Source: Octopus bimaculoides
Lineage: Eukaryota
Direction of reading: 5' to 3'
DNA: 44,943 nucleotides
NCBI RefSeq assembly: GCF_001194135.2
Contig: NC_068991.1
Span: 25,468,243-25,513,185 of the forward strand
Made by a program: the position numbers and the translations under genes. The notes beneath the pieces are model-generated. The model saw only the letters and a program-made list of their open reading frames with translations, had not been told where the DNA came from and did not search any database. How positions within the stretch are numbered: position 1 is the stretch's first letter; every line of letters begins with the position of its first letter. Positions 1-11,324 of the stretch are shown piece after piece.

Positions 1-31
1 TATATATATATATACATACATATACTATATT

Positions 32-114
32 TCGATGGAGTCTCTGCTATAAACTGTTTTCCAACGGTTTTCTTTTTTCCGTTGGAAAACAGTTTATAGC
101 AGAGACTCCATCGA
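32..114. repeat. Perfect 36-bp inverted repeat with 11-nt T-rich loop
   Basis: 32-67 tcgatggagtctctgctataaactgttttccaacgg is the exact reverse complement of 79-114; loop ttttctttttt. Confidence 0.97.
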
Positions 115-155
115 CGAATATCTGAAGAAGGAATTGTATTCCGAAATATCATCGG
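115..155 (+). ncRNA. Minimal type-I hammerhead-ribozyme-like motif (helix I degenerate)
   Basis: CTGAAGA (122-128), A, helix II GGAAT-tgt-ATTCC, GAA, palindromic ATAT, C (150). Helix I pairs poorly. Confidence 0.45.
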
Positions 156-508
156 ACTATAGATAACTAAATTACAACAGGTATATAGTCCATTTTTGTA
201 TTTTCATTTTTTACAAACAATACACAATGCTTCAAGCGAACTACAATACTCTCCTATATATATATATAAATAAATATATATATAGATAGATACATACATC
301 CATACATACATATGCATATATGTATGTGTATACATACATACATACATACATACATATGTATGTATGTATGTATTTATGTATCTATGTGAGTATTTAGGTG
401 TGTGTGTAGACGTGTCTGTGTATGTACATGTGAACGTAAGTGTATGTACTGATATGTGTGTCTGTTCAAGTTTTATATATAACTGCTACCGTTGAAGGTT
501 GTATACAT

Positions 509-560
509 ATCAGCCATGTGTTGTATAGTTGTTATGACAACTATACAACACATAACTGAT
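509..560. repeat. Short hairpin: 17-bp perfect stem, 4-nt loop
   Basis: atgtgttgtatagttgt (516-532) / acaactatacaacacat (537-553), extended by atcag/ctgat after a 2x2 mismatch. Confidence 0.9.
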
Positions 561-841
561 TCTATCCAGAGCAGTGTGAAGGTTCTGTTGACTAACCCCT
601 CTAAACACCCCCGAAATAGATTGCCTGACTTAGATACTGAGCTGTGGATAGAAAATACTATTATTAACGGAACTGTTACTCCACTCAGACTATTGTAAAC
701 CTATTGCTAAACCAATGGTAATTTGTAGTGACTCAGCAAAGTCAAGTACTACCAAAATCAACAAAATCAACATCCACGTTGCAGACTTAGAGTAATGAGG
801 AGCGTATCCCCACTATGCCAACCACAAGAACGACAACAACA

Positions 842-843
842 TA

Positions 844-935
<92 letters not shown>
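842..935. repeat. (CA)n(TA)n compound microsatellite running into N-gap 936-1418
   Basis: Direct reading. Confidence 0.95.
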
Positions 936-1539
936 NNNNNNNNNNNNNNNNNNNNNNNNNNNNNNNNNNNNNNNNNNNNNNNNNNNNNNNNNNNNNNNNN
1001 NNNNNNNNNNNNNNNNNNNNNNNNNNNNNNNNNNNNNNNNNNNNNNNNNNNNNNNNNNNNNNNNNNNNNNNNNNNNNNNNNNNNNNNNNNNNNNNNNNNN
1101 NNNNNNNNNNNNNNNNNNNNNNNNNNNNNNNNNNNNNNNNNNNNNNNNNNNNNNNNNNNNNNNNNNNNNNNNNNNNNNNNNNNNNNNNNNNNNNNNNNNN
1201 NNNNNNNNNNNNNNNNNNNNNNNNNNNNNNNNNNNNNNNNNNNNNNNNNNNNNNNNNNNNNNNNNNNNNNNNNNNNNNNNNNNNNNNNNNNNNNNNNNNN
1301 NNNNNNNNNNNNNNNNNNNNNNNNNNNNNNNNNNNNNNNNNNNNNNNNNNNNNNNNNNNNNNNNNNNNNNNNNNNNNNNNNNNNNNNNNNNNNNNNNNNN
1401 NNNNNNNNNNNNNNNNNNAATTATGTGTATATGAACGCAGTGAGGCACGAACTGAAAAAGACGGGACGAAGTAAGTTGGCGTGTTTGCTCGGCGATAGCC
1501 AAGGAAGAAAAGGATTAGTGACCGGAAGCATGTGACCAA

Positions 1540-1760
1540 GCAGGGGTAAGGGAAAGAGAGAGAGAGAGAGAGAGTGGTAGAGGGAGAAACAAAGGGAGGA
1601 AGTAGAAGAATAGGTGAGCAACGAAAGAAAGAGAGGAAGAGAGGAATATAGTAGTAACAGAAGGAAGAACGAGAGGGGAAAGAGAGAGATACGTAGTAGT
1701 AACAGAGAAAGAACGAGAGGGAGAAAAAGTGATAGAGAAAGAGAATGAGATAGAGTCGCG
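1540..1760. repeat. GA-rich polypurine low-complexity tract
   Basis: Direct reading. Confidence 0.85.
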
Positions 1761-2154
1761 TCAGAAAATATAAAGTTGAAAACTACTTACAACAGGGATG
1801 ACGCAGGCGTTCGATCATGTAAAACAATAATAAATGAGTATATGCATATATACATACAGGTATGTGCATACCTACGTCTACCCGTATATATAGGTGCATA
1901 TATGGGTACAGGACATTGCAAACAAAACGTAGACAAGAAAATAATAATAACCAGAGTACAGAAAACACACAAGCCACATAGAGAACATTTTCCTTCATAT
2001 CATGAACTAAATGCTAGTTCATGTCAGTGAACAGATCACGGTCTCAAAGCGAAGAAAATATTTTGACAAATTATATTAAGATATGGAAGTGAAACTAACG
2101 GTTTTTGCATGCTTTTTAAATGGCTTATAAGCACCTTTCACGCTCCAATTATTT

Positions 2155-2269
2155 ATGTTTGTATGTATGTATGTATGTATGTATGTATATTTATATACAT
2201 ATATATATGTGTGTATATATATGCATATATATATGTATATGTGTATATATATATGCATGTATGTATATA

Positions 2270-2308
<39 letters not shown>

Positions 2309-2702
2309 CTATATATATATATATATATACATACACACACACACACANNNNNNNNNNNNNNNNNNNNNNNNNNNNNNNNNNNNNNNNNNNNNNNNNNNNN
2401 NNNNNNNNNNNNNNNNNNNNNNNNNNNNNNNNNNNNNNNNNNNNNNNNNNNNNNNNNNNNNNNNNNNNNNNNNNNNNNNNNNNNNNNNNNNNNNNNNNNN
2501 NNNNNNNNNNNNNNNNNNNNNNNNNNNNNNNNNNNNNNNNNNNNNNNNNNNNNNNNNNNNNNNNNNNNNNNNNNNNNNNNNNNNNNNNNNNNNNNNNNNN
2601 NNNNNNNNNNNNNNNNNNNNNNNNNNNNNNNNNNNNNNNNNNNNNNNNNNNNNNNNNNNNNNNNNNNNNNNNNNNNNNNNNNNNNNNNNNNNNNNNNNNN
2701 NN

Positions 2703-2742
<40 letters not shown>

Positions 2743-2852
2743 AGAGAGAGGGAGAGAGAGATAGAGATAGAGAGAGAGCGAGAGAGAGAGGAGAGAGAGA
2801 GAGAAAGAGAAAGAAAGAGAGAGAAAGAGAAAGAAAGAGAGATAGAGGGAGA
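2155..2852. repeat. (TATG)n/(TA)n/(CA)n, N-gap 2348-2702, then (GA)n
   Basis: Direct reading. Confidence 0.9.
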
Positions 2853-3112
2853 TAAAAAAAATTTCAGTCTACAATTTATGTTGAAATTGATAATGGCAAC
2901 AAATTTACCATAATCTGAGACAATGAAGACTAATGGATCCGAATAATTGACGTAACCAGTAAGAATAACTTGGGAATATAATCAAATCTGCAGACCATGT
3001 AACATGACTAAGATTGTTTAAAGAGCTTTTACTATTCCCAATCTAGATGTTGGAAATATTTGACAAGAAAACTCGGAGTTTAGTAGCTCAATCTAAAGAA
3101 CATATGGGGTTT

Positions 3113-3670
3113 CCCGACCAACTATAGATTTATACTGCCCAATATTTCTACCGATCAATTTTAGATTTGAACCGATCAAATTTAGATTTCCACCGACGAA
3201 TTATATAACTGTGCTGATCAATTTTAGATTTGTACCGACGAATTATATATCTGCACCGATCAATTTTAGATTTGTACCGACGAATTTTAGATTTGTACCG
3301 ATCAATTTTAGATTTGTACCGACGAATTATATATCTGTACCGATCAATTTTAGATTTGTACCGACGAATTTTAGATATGTACCGATCAATTTTAGATTTG
3401 TACCGACAAACTTTAAATTTGTACTAACCATTTTCAAAAATGTACCGAGCAACATTAACTTTGTTCCGACCAACATTATATTTGTACCGAGCAATTTTAG
3501 ATTTCCACCGAAGAATTGTAGATCTATACTGATCAATTTTAGATTTGAACCGACGAATTTTAGATTTGTACCGACCAAGTTTAGATTTGTACCAACCAAT
3601 TTTAGAAATGTACCGAGCAATATTAGATTTGTCCCGACCAACATTATATTTGTACGGACCAATTTTTGAA
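3113..3670. repeat. 21-bp minisatellite, about 27 units, consensus accgaYcaattttagatttgt, with higher-order structure
   Basis: Units read off sequentially; the ORF 3211-3669 shows the matching 7-aa period (PINFRFV/PTNFRFV). Confidence 0.95.
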
Positions 3671-4417
3671 AATTTAGCGATTAACTACAGAATTATTTTT
3701 TTGATACATATTTCTAAATAAAATATCTTGAGCCCAATTTTTTTCAATATGTGAACTTATAATCAGCAATTTTACCAGTAAATTACCCTTATATTAGTAA
3801 AAGATTTTTTTATGAAACAGGCATATATATATGTATATATATATATAATAGTAATTTATATATATATATTTAAGGCGCTATTGTCATCTTACACATGTAT
3901 TTCTTGCTATTATGATGAAATCATTTTATCAGTTATCTGCCTTATAAGGAACTACGCTTCATCAGACATTGCCTTTGAAATTATTTGTCATTATCAGTCG
4001 TCACTTTTAGGAATTAGTCGATTTACTCAGCCATATAATTATAAAGTTTGATTATCTGATATAACTCTAGGGGATAATTAAGAATTAAAAGGTATCAAAG
4101 CAGCTCCCTCACTGGCAAACTTTACTAGCATTAATTATCTCATATAATTATGTCATACAATCATATATGTTATAATTACGTGTATGGAAATGAGGGCTAG
4201 AATTTACGGGCACTTTCAATATATTTGTCTCTGGGCGTAGTTACTATTCTTCTGTTGTTAGGAAGTTCGATTCGCCTTGTAACCAACTCGCTCTGTGATT
4301 CATCCCACTGCTTCGTGTCTAGCATAGCCTCAGGTGAAGTTTGATAGAGGGAAAACACTACTGCAATAGACAGACCGATATGTGCAAACGCGCACACAAG
4401 CACACGCTTTATCATTT

Positions 4418-4452
<35 letters not shown>

Positions 4453-5376
4453 AGAGGTAAGGGATGTCAAACATCAAAGTTCCCTGGTACAGTCCAGGTA
4501 AAGTATATTCTTAAAAATATATTTTCAGTATTTGCAAAAACAATAAATGAAGTATAAGGAAAGGAAAAATTGATATACAAAGACCTTTCATAGCCCATAC
4601 AGGCNNNNNNNNNNNNNNNNNNNNNNNNNNNNNNNNNNNNNNNNNNNNNNNNNNNNNNNNNNNNNNNNNNNNNNNNNNNNNNNNNNNNNNNNNNNNNNNN
4701 NNNNNNNNNNNNNNNNNNNNNNNNNNNNNNNNNNNNNNNNNNNNNNNNNNNNNNNNNNNNNNNNNNNNNNNNNNNNNNNNNNNNNNNNNNNNNNNNNNNN
4801 NNNNNNNNNNNNNNNNNNNNNNNNNNNNNNNNNNNNNNNNNNNNNNNNNNNNNNNNNNNNNNNNNNNNNNNNNNNNNNNNNNNNNNNNNNNNNNNNNNNN
4901 NNNNNNNNNNNNNNNNNNNNNNNNNNNNNNNNNNNNNNNNNNNNNNNNNNNNNNNNNNNNNNNNNNNNNNNNNNNNNNNNNNNNNNNNNNNNNNNNNNNN
5001 NNNNNNNNNNNNNNNNNNNNNNNNNNNNNNNNNNNNNNNNNNNNNNNNNNNNNNNNNNNNNNNNNNNNNNNNNNNNNNNNNNNNNNNNNNNNNNNNNNNN
5101 NNNNNNNNNNNNNNNNNNNNNNNNNNNNNNNNNNNNTATATATATATATATCTATATGCATACATATACACACAAACACATTCAGTCATATAAATAGGTT
5201 ATAAATTGATTTGATATCTTGGCACTGGCTGTTCATACCTTGTTCTTTACACCTTCGTACGCTCAAACACCACATACCCTATAGCCACTTCTTATATAAA
5301 TTCTGCACCTCTACATTTAATGTCGGACTTCAGTCACTCGTTTTGGCCTGAGCAGTCATTATGTGTAGCCATCATA

Positions 5377-5392
5377 TCTATCTATCTATCTG

Positions 5393-5467
<75 letters not shown>

Positions 5468-5490
5468 GTGTATCTGTCTGTCTATCTATC
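5377..5490. repeat. (TCTA)n tetranucleotide microsatellite
   Basis: Direct reading. Confidence 0.95.
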
Positions 5491-6403
5491 TATTGTGTGT
5501 GTATGTGTTTGTGTATATCTTTCGCTACCGTGTGTCATCAAAAGATCTAAACATTGGCAATGAAACTGATAAAACAATATTTAGGGACAAATACGCCGTT
5601 GTATTATTTCCCGATTTCCACTAGTGCTCCGTTATTACTGTCGCCATCGTAACCGCAGTGAACAAATTTGTAATTATCTCGTATGGCACCCCCGCACAAA
5701 TAACATGATATGAGATATTATTAAACATATAACTCAATAAGTCATAGCTTGTCAATGACAACTGTATCGAAAACTGGATCACACAGTATTATTATCCAAT
5801 CAGATAGAAACTGCAGAAGTTAGACATAAAATCTATGTCTACAAATGTATAAATGTTAAGACTAATAAATGATCGATTATATATCAGACCAATAAATCAT
5901 TAATAATATACTAGACAAAGTTTATGATTTGGCAATGACAACGAACAGAATAAATAAACGGACTTTTCTACACCCTAAGATATATGTCCTATAGCGTATA
6001 TACACACTAATATGTTTGGATGGTTTGGAATGAAAATAATATATGCTTGTAAGCTATCTATGTTATACGATGAGGAAAAATCGGTTAATGCAAATAAGTA
6101 TGTTTGACATTCAGAGAAAATCTAATACACTATTGTGCTCAGAGGAAAGTTCGTACTCCTATGTAACCTCTCACTAGTTTTCAGATGTTATTCTATAATA
6201 CTCAAAATCTATTTGATCACAATCGACAAAGATGAAAATGCGTGACCACCACTACTACCCATCTTTTCATATTGTCGGTACATTTTTGTTTATTTGCTCA
6301 AATGGACAGACAAACGTTTTTGTCCTTTGCTCTTGAATCATTCCAATTGGAGAATATCCGTAATGGAAAGTTTTCCAGCAATGACCATTCTATCTTTGTA
6401 TAT

Positions 6404-6588
6404 TGGTTTCAAATTTTGCACAAGGCCAGCAATTTCGGGAGTCGATTGAACTGATACTTATCTTATCAACCCCGAAAAGATTAAAGGCAAAGTCCACCTC
6501 TATGGCATTTGAACCCAGTACGTCAAGATGTACGAAATGCCGCTAAACATCCTGCCCGGCGTTCTAACGATTCCGTCAGCTCACCGCC
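6404..6588 (-). mobile_element. tRNA-derived SINE, family 1 (diverged, internally deleted)
   Basis: Aligns by eye with copies at 33203-33442 and 35093-35302 (ttggcacaaggccagc...ccccgaaa..aaggcaaagt...ctaacgattc..cagctc.ccgcc). Confidence 0.85.
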
Positions 6589-7274
6589 ACAGTTCATATT
6601 ATTTATATTAAAGTAATTAAACGGTCTAATATACCTCTTATTTTAAAATGGTAAAGGCTTATGATTAGAATGGCAGTTGGTTAGTAGTTTTAGGAGATCA
6701 TGCAGTCGTGTAAAGATTCATTCGTTAGCTTCTTGCATCGTCAGATTTACACATATCTACAAGTTTAGAGCATACTCATATTTAAAGATTCAGCCAGCCG
6801 CTAGGGTACATGCAGACTTGAAAAGCAAATCATGAAAACGAGGTTTATTCGAAATGATTCACATGATACACAGTGATAAAACTATGCAAGACTAATCTTA
6901 ATCTAACATAAAAATCTGTGTGTGGCATTAAAAAAAGTTCAAGACTAAAATACACTCGAAAATAAATTTGGAAGATGGAAATACAAACAATTTCACAGAA
7001 AGTAAGTATTTGAGATAACACAGAATCTAAATTTAAATGTTAACTTGAAATACAGGCAAGGAGCCTCCCACTCTCTTTCTTCCAGAACACACATCCTTTA
7101 TAATATGTAAATTATTGATGTAGCCAATCACAATCTAGATACTAGTGTAGCATCTTTGACGATGGTTGTTGTTGCTGTTTAGCCTCAGATCATTACTGGC
7201 CCATGGTTTTACCCGTAAACATTCAGAATGTTCATTAGTATTTTATAAGGAACTAGTCATCACTTGTCTTTTAC

Positions 7275-7408
7275 TCTTGTCTTTTTGTTGTTGTTTTTCG
7301 AAGAGAGTAGTGGTGAATCTTAGGGCAGTTTGGTTAACCGCTTTTAGTAGGACATATAATTGAATAAATCCTTCCTCGTCGTCTCTGGGAAACCACTGGT
7401 TGGAAATT
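7275..7408 (-). CDS. Speculative coding exon (ISNQWFPRDDEEGFIQLYVLLKAVNQTALRFTTTLFEKQQQKDK)
   Basis: Pyrimidine-rich acceptor tccctcctctgtcag, 134-nt open frame, weak donor AGA|GTAAAA; non-repetitive sequence. No homologue recognised with confidence. Confidence 0.2.
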
Positions 7409-7570
7409 CTGACAGAGGAGGGACCACTTATGAATTGTATCGTGAAGACTCATTTGGCAATCTACAGAGAGTGAGAAAGAGTGACATGATTGAAATGGTG
7501 TACATGAACAGCTATGCAAAATTAATGCTAAATCATCAATAACATATAAAAGAAAACAAAAACGAAGACG

Positions 7571-7571
<1 letters not shown>

Positions 7572-7624
<53 letters not shown>

Positions 7625-7666
7625 GTAGTAGTAGTAGTAGTAGTAATACTGGTAGTAGTAGTAGTG

Positions 7667-7715
<49 letters not shown>

Positions 7716-7745
7716 CAGTAGTAGTAGTAGTAGTAGTAGTAGTAG
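7572..7745. repeat. (TAT)n(TAG)n trinucleotide microsatellite at the tail of the adjacent SINE
   Basis: Direct reading; abuts the family-1 tail at 7747. Confidence 0.95.
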
Positions 7746-7746
7746 A

Positions 7747-7952
7747 AGTCCTTTCTTCTATGGGACCAAATCCTTAAAATTTGGGAGAGGAGGGGTTAGT
7801 TATTTACATCAACCCCAATGCTCGACTAGTAATTATTTTATCAATTCCGAAAGGATGGAAGGCAAAGTGGACCTCGGCAGAGTTAAATTTCAGAACGTTA
7901 AGCTACAAAAGAAATACCGTTAAGCATTTTGTCGGTCGCGCTGGCGATTCTG
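7747..7952 (-). mobile_element. tRNA-derived SINE, family 1 (diverged)
   Basis: ccgaaaggatggaaggcaaagtggacctcggcagag...cagaacgt...aagcattttg matches the family core. Confidence 0.85.
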
Positions 7953-7974
7953 TGATGAAGGTAATGATGATAGC

Positions 7975-8210
7975 GATAGTTGATGACGACGATGCTGACG
8001 ACGACAACGACAGTCACGAAGACGATAATAACGGCAACGGTCACGACGAAGAGAATGATGGTGATGATGATGACAACAATGATGATGACAACAATGATGA
8101 TGACAACAATGATGATGACAACAATGATGATGACAACAATGATGATGATAACAATGATGAGGACAACAATGATGATGACAACAATGATGATGATAATGAC
8201 AGCGGCAATG
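7975..8210. repeat. GAT/GAC/AAC trinucleotide tract including a 15-bp unit gatgatgacaacaat
   Basis: Direct reading. Confidence 0.92.
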
Positions 8211-8979
8211 ACGCTCGTTATAAATATACTAGAGATACTGTCTTCTGAATGTGGTTATGCAATGCAGACCATACCTCTGCGGCCAATCGGCAAAAACACT
8301 ATTTTTTCTGTCAGAAACGCCGCAGGAAACGGGCTTCATGAAAACATCAGTAGCGTCTCTCTTTCACTGCAAATTCTCAGGCGTATGTTTTGCATGAACT
8401 TTTACTTGTTTGTGCTCATAGTTTTCCTCGTGCTGCTGCTGCTGCTGCTGCCGGTGTAGCTGTATTTTGTTCCCTTGGCTGCCGTTGCTGTTTTATTCAT
8501 ATCATTTCTCCTTGTGTTTCATATTATATATCTATTTTTTTTTCTTTTTAAAGCTCTTTCGTAAATAATATATTTATAGAAACGCACAGAAAGCAAAACA
8601 GAACGAAGAAACAAAAGAGAAGAAAAAAAAAAGCAAAAACCAAAGAGAGAAAGAGAAAGAAGGGAGAAATAATAGCTAAGATTGAATAGTGGGTGGGTGA
8701 AGCTGAAATAATTAGAATCACTTGTGATAGCCAAGATTTAGATATTTAGATTCTGAGTGTCAACATAATCTAAAAGAATTTGTTTGGATCAGTGAACATA
8801 CATAATATGCTTGTTATGTTCAATAAATTCTCTTTCTCTTTCTCTCTATCCCATACTCTTTGCGTTTTTTTTCTTTTTTCTATCTCTGTATCAGAAATGG
8901 ACCTAACTAAAATGAAGTATCTGTGTAGAAGTCCGAGTGGAATACCTATGAGTTACATAACCGTGAAGCATCTGAGAAC

Positions 8980-9085
8980 AACAATAACAACGATAATAAC
9001 AAGAACAAGAACAAAAACAACAACAAAACGAACAACAACAACAACAACAACAACAACAGCAATAATAAATAATAATAATAACAAC
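8980..9085. repeat. (AAC)n(AAT)n microsatellite
   Basis: Direct reading. Confidence 0.92.
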
Positions 9086-9373
9086 ATAGCATTGCAAAAA
9101 TATAGTATGCTTCAAGCATTTCGGAATATGTAGAAATTTTGTATGGTACTTAAGTTGGTGGCAATGCAGATAGAAAATTCAATATAAATAACTGTAACAA
9201 AAATATTAGAATGTTACCTTAAAATTCCTTGACAGATATTTTTAGAGCCATATTTTTTTATTATGTGTGTGTATGTGTGTGTGTGTGTGTGAGCATGAGA
9301 AATTTGAACTGTGAAACTAATGACAGAGCAGTGCTCACTAATGTAGAAAGTGTTCTTTATTGAAGCTCAATTT

Positions 9374-9424
9374 CTGTCTCACGACTCGAATTTCATGCCA
9401 CTGCGATCTTCAGGCAGGAAACAG
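9374..9424 (-). ncRNA. Degenerate hammerhead-ribozyme-like motif
   Basis: Minus strand: CTGAAGA-tcgcagtggcat-GAA-ATTCGAGT-C. Helix III is one substitution from the palindrome ACTCGAGT; helices I and II are weak; AATAAA lies just downstream. Confidence 0.33.
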
Positions 9425-9751
9425 TTTTATACCAGAAAATTGCAGTGTTTTTTTTTTATCAAGAAACAATACATTAGGAACTAGGGATTGATGAAAATAA
9501 ATAGATTAAAAAAAGGAAACAAGGAAAGAAATTTCAAAAATATATTAAAGAATATTTTCGGGAAAAAATTCTATTCTCAATTCTCCGCAACAAACGTCAA
9601 AGAAGAAGTAAAGAACAATGAAAACGAACAATACTCCAGAACTCTGAGCTACGAATGCAAAGACAACGTTTTGTTATAGCTGGACTGTCCCAAATAATTA
9701 CAGATGAAAAGAAATTCTTATGTTAAGTGCACACTCTATAATTTTTTTTTT

Positions 9752-9930
9752 CCAGTTTTGGGACAGGGCCAGCAATTTTGAAAGCTGTGTAGGCGATTAA
9801 CTCAGTCAGATTACTTAACTGGAACATGGAAGGATTAAATGCAAAGTTGACTCCGATAGAATCTGAAATCAAAATATAAAGAGAACGTATACCGCCAAGC
9901 AGTTCTTATGCTCTAACGATTCTGTCAGAA
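9752..9930 (-). mobile_element. tRNA-derived SINE, family 1 (old, degenerate)
   Basis: gggacagggccagcaattttg...gcaaagttgactccg...ctctaacgattctgtcag recognisable. Confidence 0.7.
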
Positions 9931-10011
9931 TAATTAATCTGTGCGATAAAAAAATTAAGTCCATTAGGCTCGTGACCCTGTATATTAGTGGAGGACTGTT
10001 TGCTATATATA

Positions 10012-11207
10012 CAGGGGCAGGACAAAATAATGGAAACACCTTAAAATTTCAAACAAATTTATTTTAGATCATTTACATTATTTATATTATTTACATTTGA
10101 CGGATATTTGTCCTTATCTCTTAAATATAGAACTGTAAATTTAACAAAGGAATTTTAGTCTATTCTTCAGTTAAAACAGTCTCCAGTTCTTGTAGTGATG
10201 ATGGTGGAGGATATCAACTTCTTAATTGTTTTTCTCAAATGCACCATAAATGTTCAGTGATATTGAGATCTGAGGACTGTGGTGGCCAGATAAGATGTTC
10301 ATTAGAATGTTCTTCGTGCCATTCAGTAGCAACTTTAGCTGTGTGAAATGGTGCATTATCATCCTGCGTTTCTCTCCTGAAACAGTTCCGCAACCATAGG
10401 ATNNNNNNNNNNGCGGATTTCCAAGATATAGCTCCCCACCCAGATCATCGCAGAAATTCCTCCATGTTTAACAGTTGGAAGAAGGCAGTCTGGGTCAAGT
10501 GCTTCTTTTGCATGGCTCCACAGGTATACTCGGACGCAAGTCGAAGATAAGGAAAAGGATGACTCGTCCAAATATATAACATTCTCCCATTGCTCTAGGG
10601 TTTGTAGGTTTTTACTCCACTCTAAATGCTTTGCAATGTTTGTTTTTGAAAGTAGTGCTTTTCTGATTGTAGACCTCCCGTGAAATCCGGCTTTGCGCAG
10701 CTCCTGCCAAACAGTTTTTGTGGAAATTGGGTTCTTTAGGTGGTCATTAAGCTCTGCAGTAATTTTGGGAGCTGTACTTTTGTGATCCTTTGTGACAACT
10801 CGCGTAAGAGTCCGACGGTCCCTATCTGAAAGTTTCGGTTTTCTTCTGCAGATTTGTTTTGACGAGGAGGTTTTTCCCTCTTTCTCAAAGGCTGTCATTA
10901 CTTTTGAGACAGTACTTCTTGATACACCAAACATTTCGGCTGTTTTCGTTATGCTAGCGCCTGCCATGCGAGCACCAACAATTTCACTTCTTTGAAAGTC
11001 CGATAGATCTGTAATTTTAATGAATTTTAATTTCCTTTTTCTGATGATATCTGAAAAGAAACAGCAACTTTAGCAAAACATAGTAAGGAACACTAATAAT
11101 AAATAAAAAAAGCTTAAAAATGAACAAGCTTTTATAGATATTTTATAGATATTTTAAAATTATGACGCTATGATGCTCTGTGTTTCCATTATTTTGTCCA
11201 ACCCCCG
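10012..11207 (-). mobile_element. Full-length decayed Tc1-family DNA transposon
   Basis: About 27-bp TIRs caggggcaggacaaaataatggaaaca (10012-) and tgtttccattattttgtccaacccccg (-11207), TA on both sides, internal transposase. Confidence 0.95.
10130..11015 (-). pseudogene. Tc1-like DDE transposase pseudogene
   Basis: Start eroded to ATT (ITDLSDFQRSEIVGARMAG), HTH, GRK linker, YLDESSF, KHGG, QDDNAPFHTA, WPPQSSDLNITE; stops, frameshifts and a 10-N gap. Confidence 0.93.
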
Positions 11208-11324
11208 TATATGTATATATATATATATCGTTATAATAAGGATAAAATTTATATAGGATTTTATCTAGCTAGCATGTAAAAAAAAGTATTTAGATATAAT
11301 TTAATACAGTGGTTTTTACGTTTT

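Noticed and set aside
787-2913. 200-250-aa ORFs spanning N-gaps (also near 4.5, 16.5, 18, 20, 36 and 40.5 kb)
   Set aside because: Made of X runs and [12 protein letters not shown] dinucleotide translations.
3113-3670. CRISPR-like array
   Set aside because: Contiguous units with no unique spacers, no cas genes, eukaryotic context.
7781-8459. D/N-rich and M/T-rich ORFs
   Set aside because: A SINE read through into a trinucleotide tract; no protein signal.
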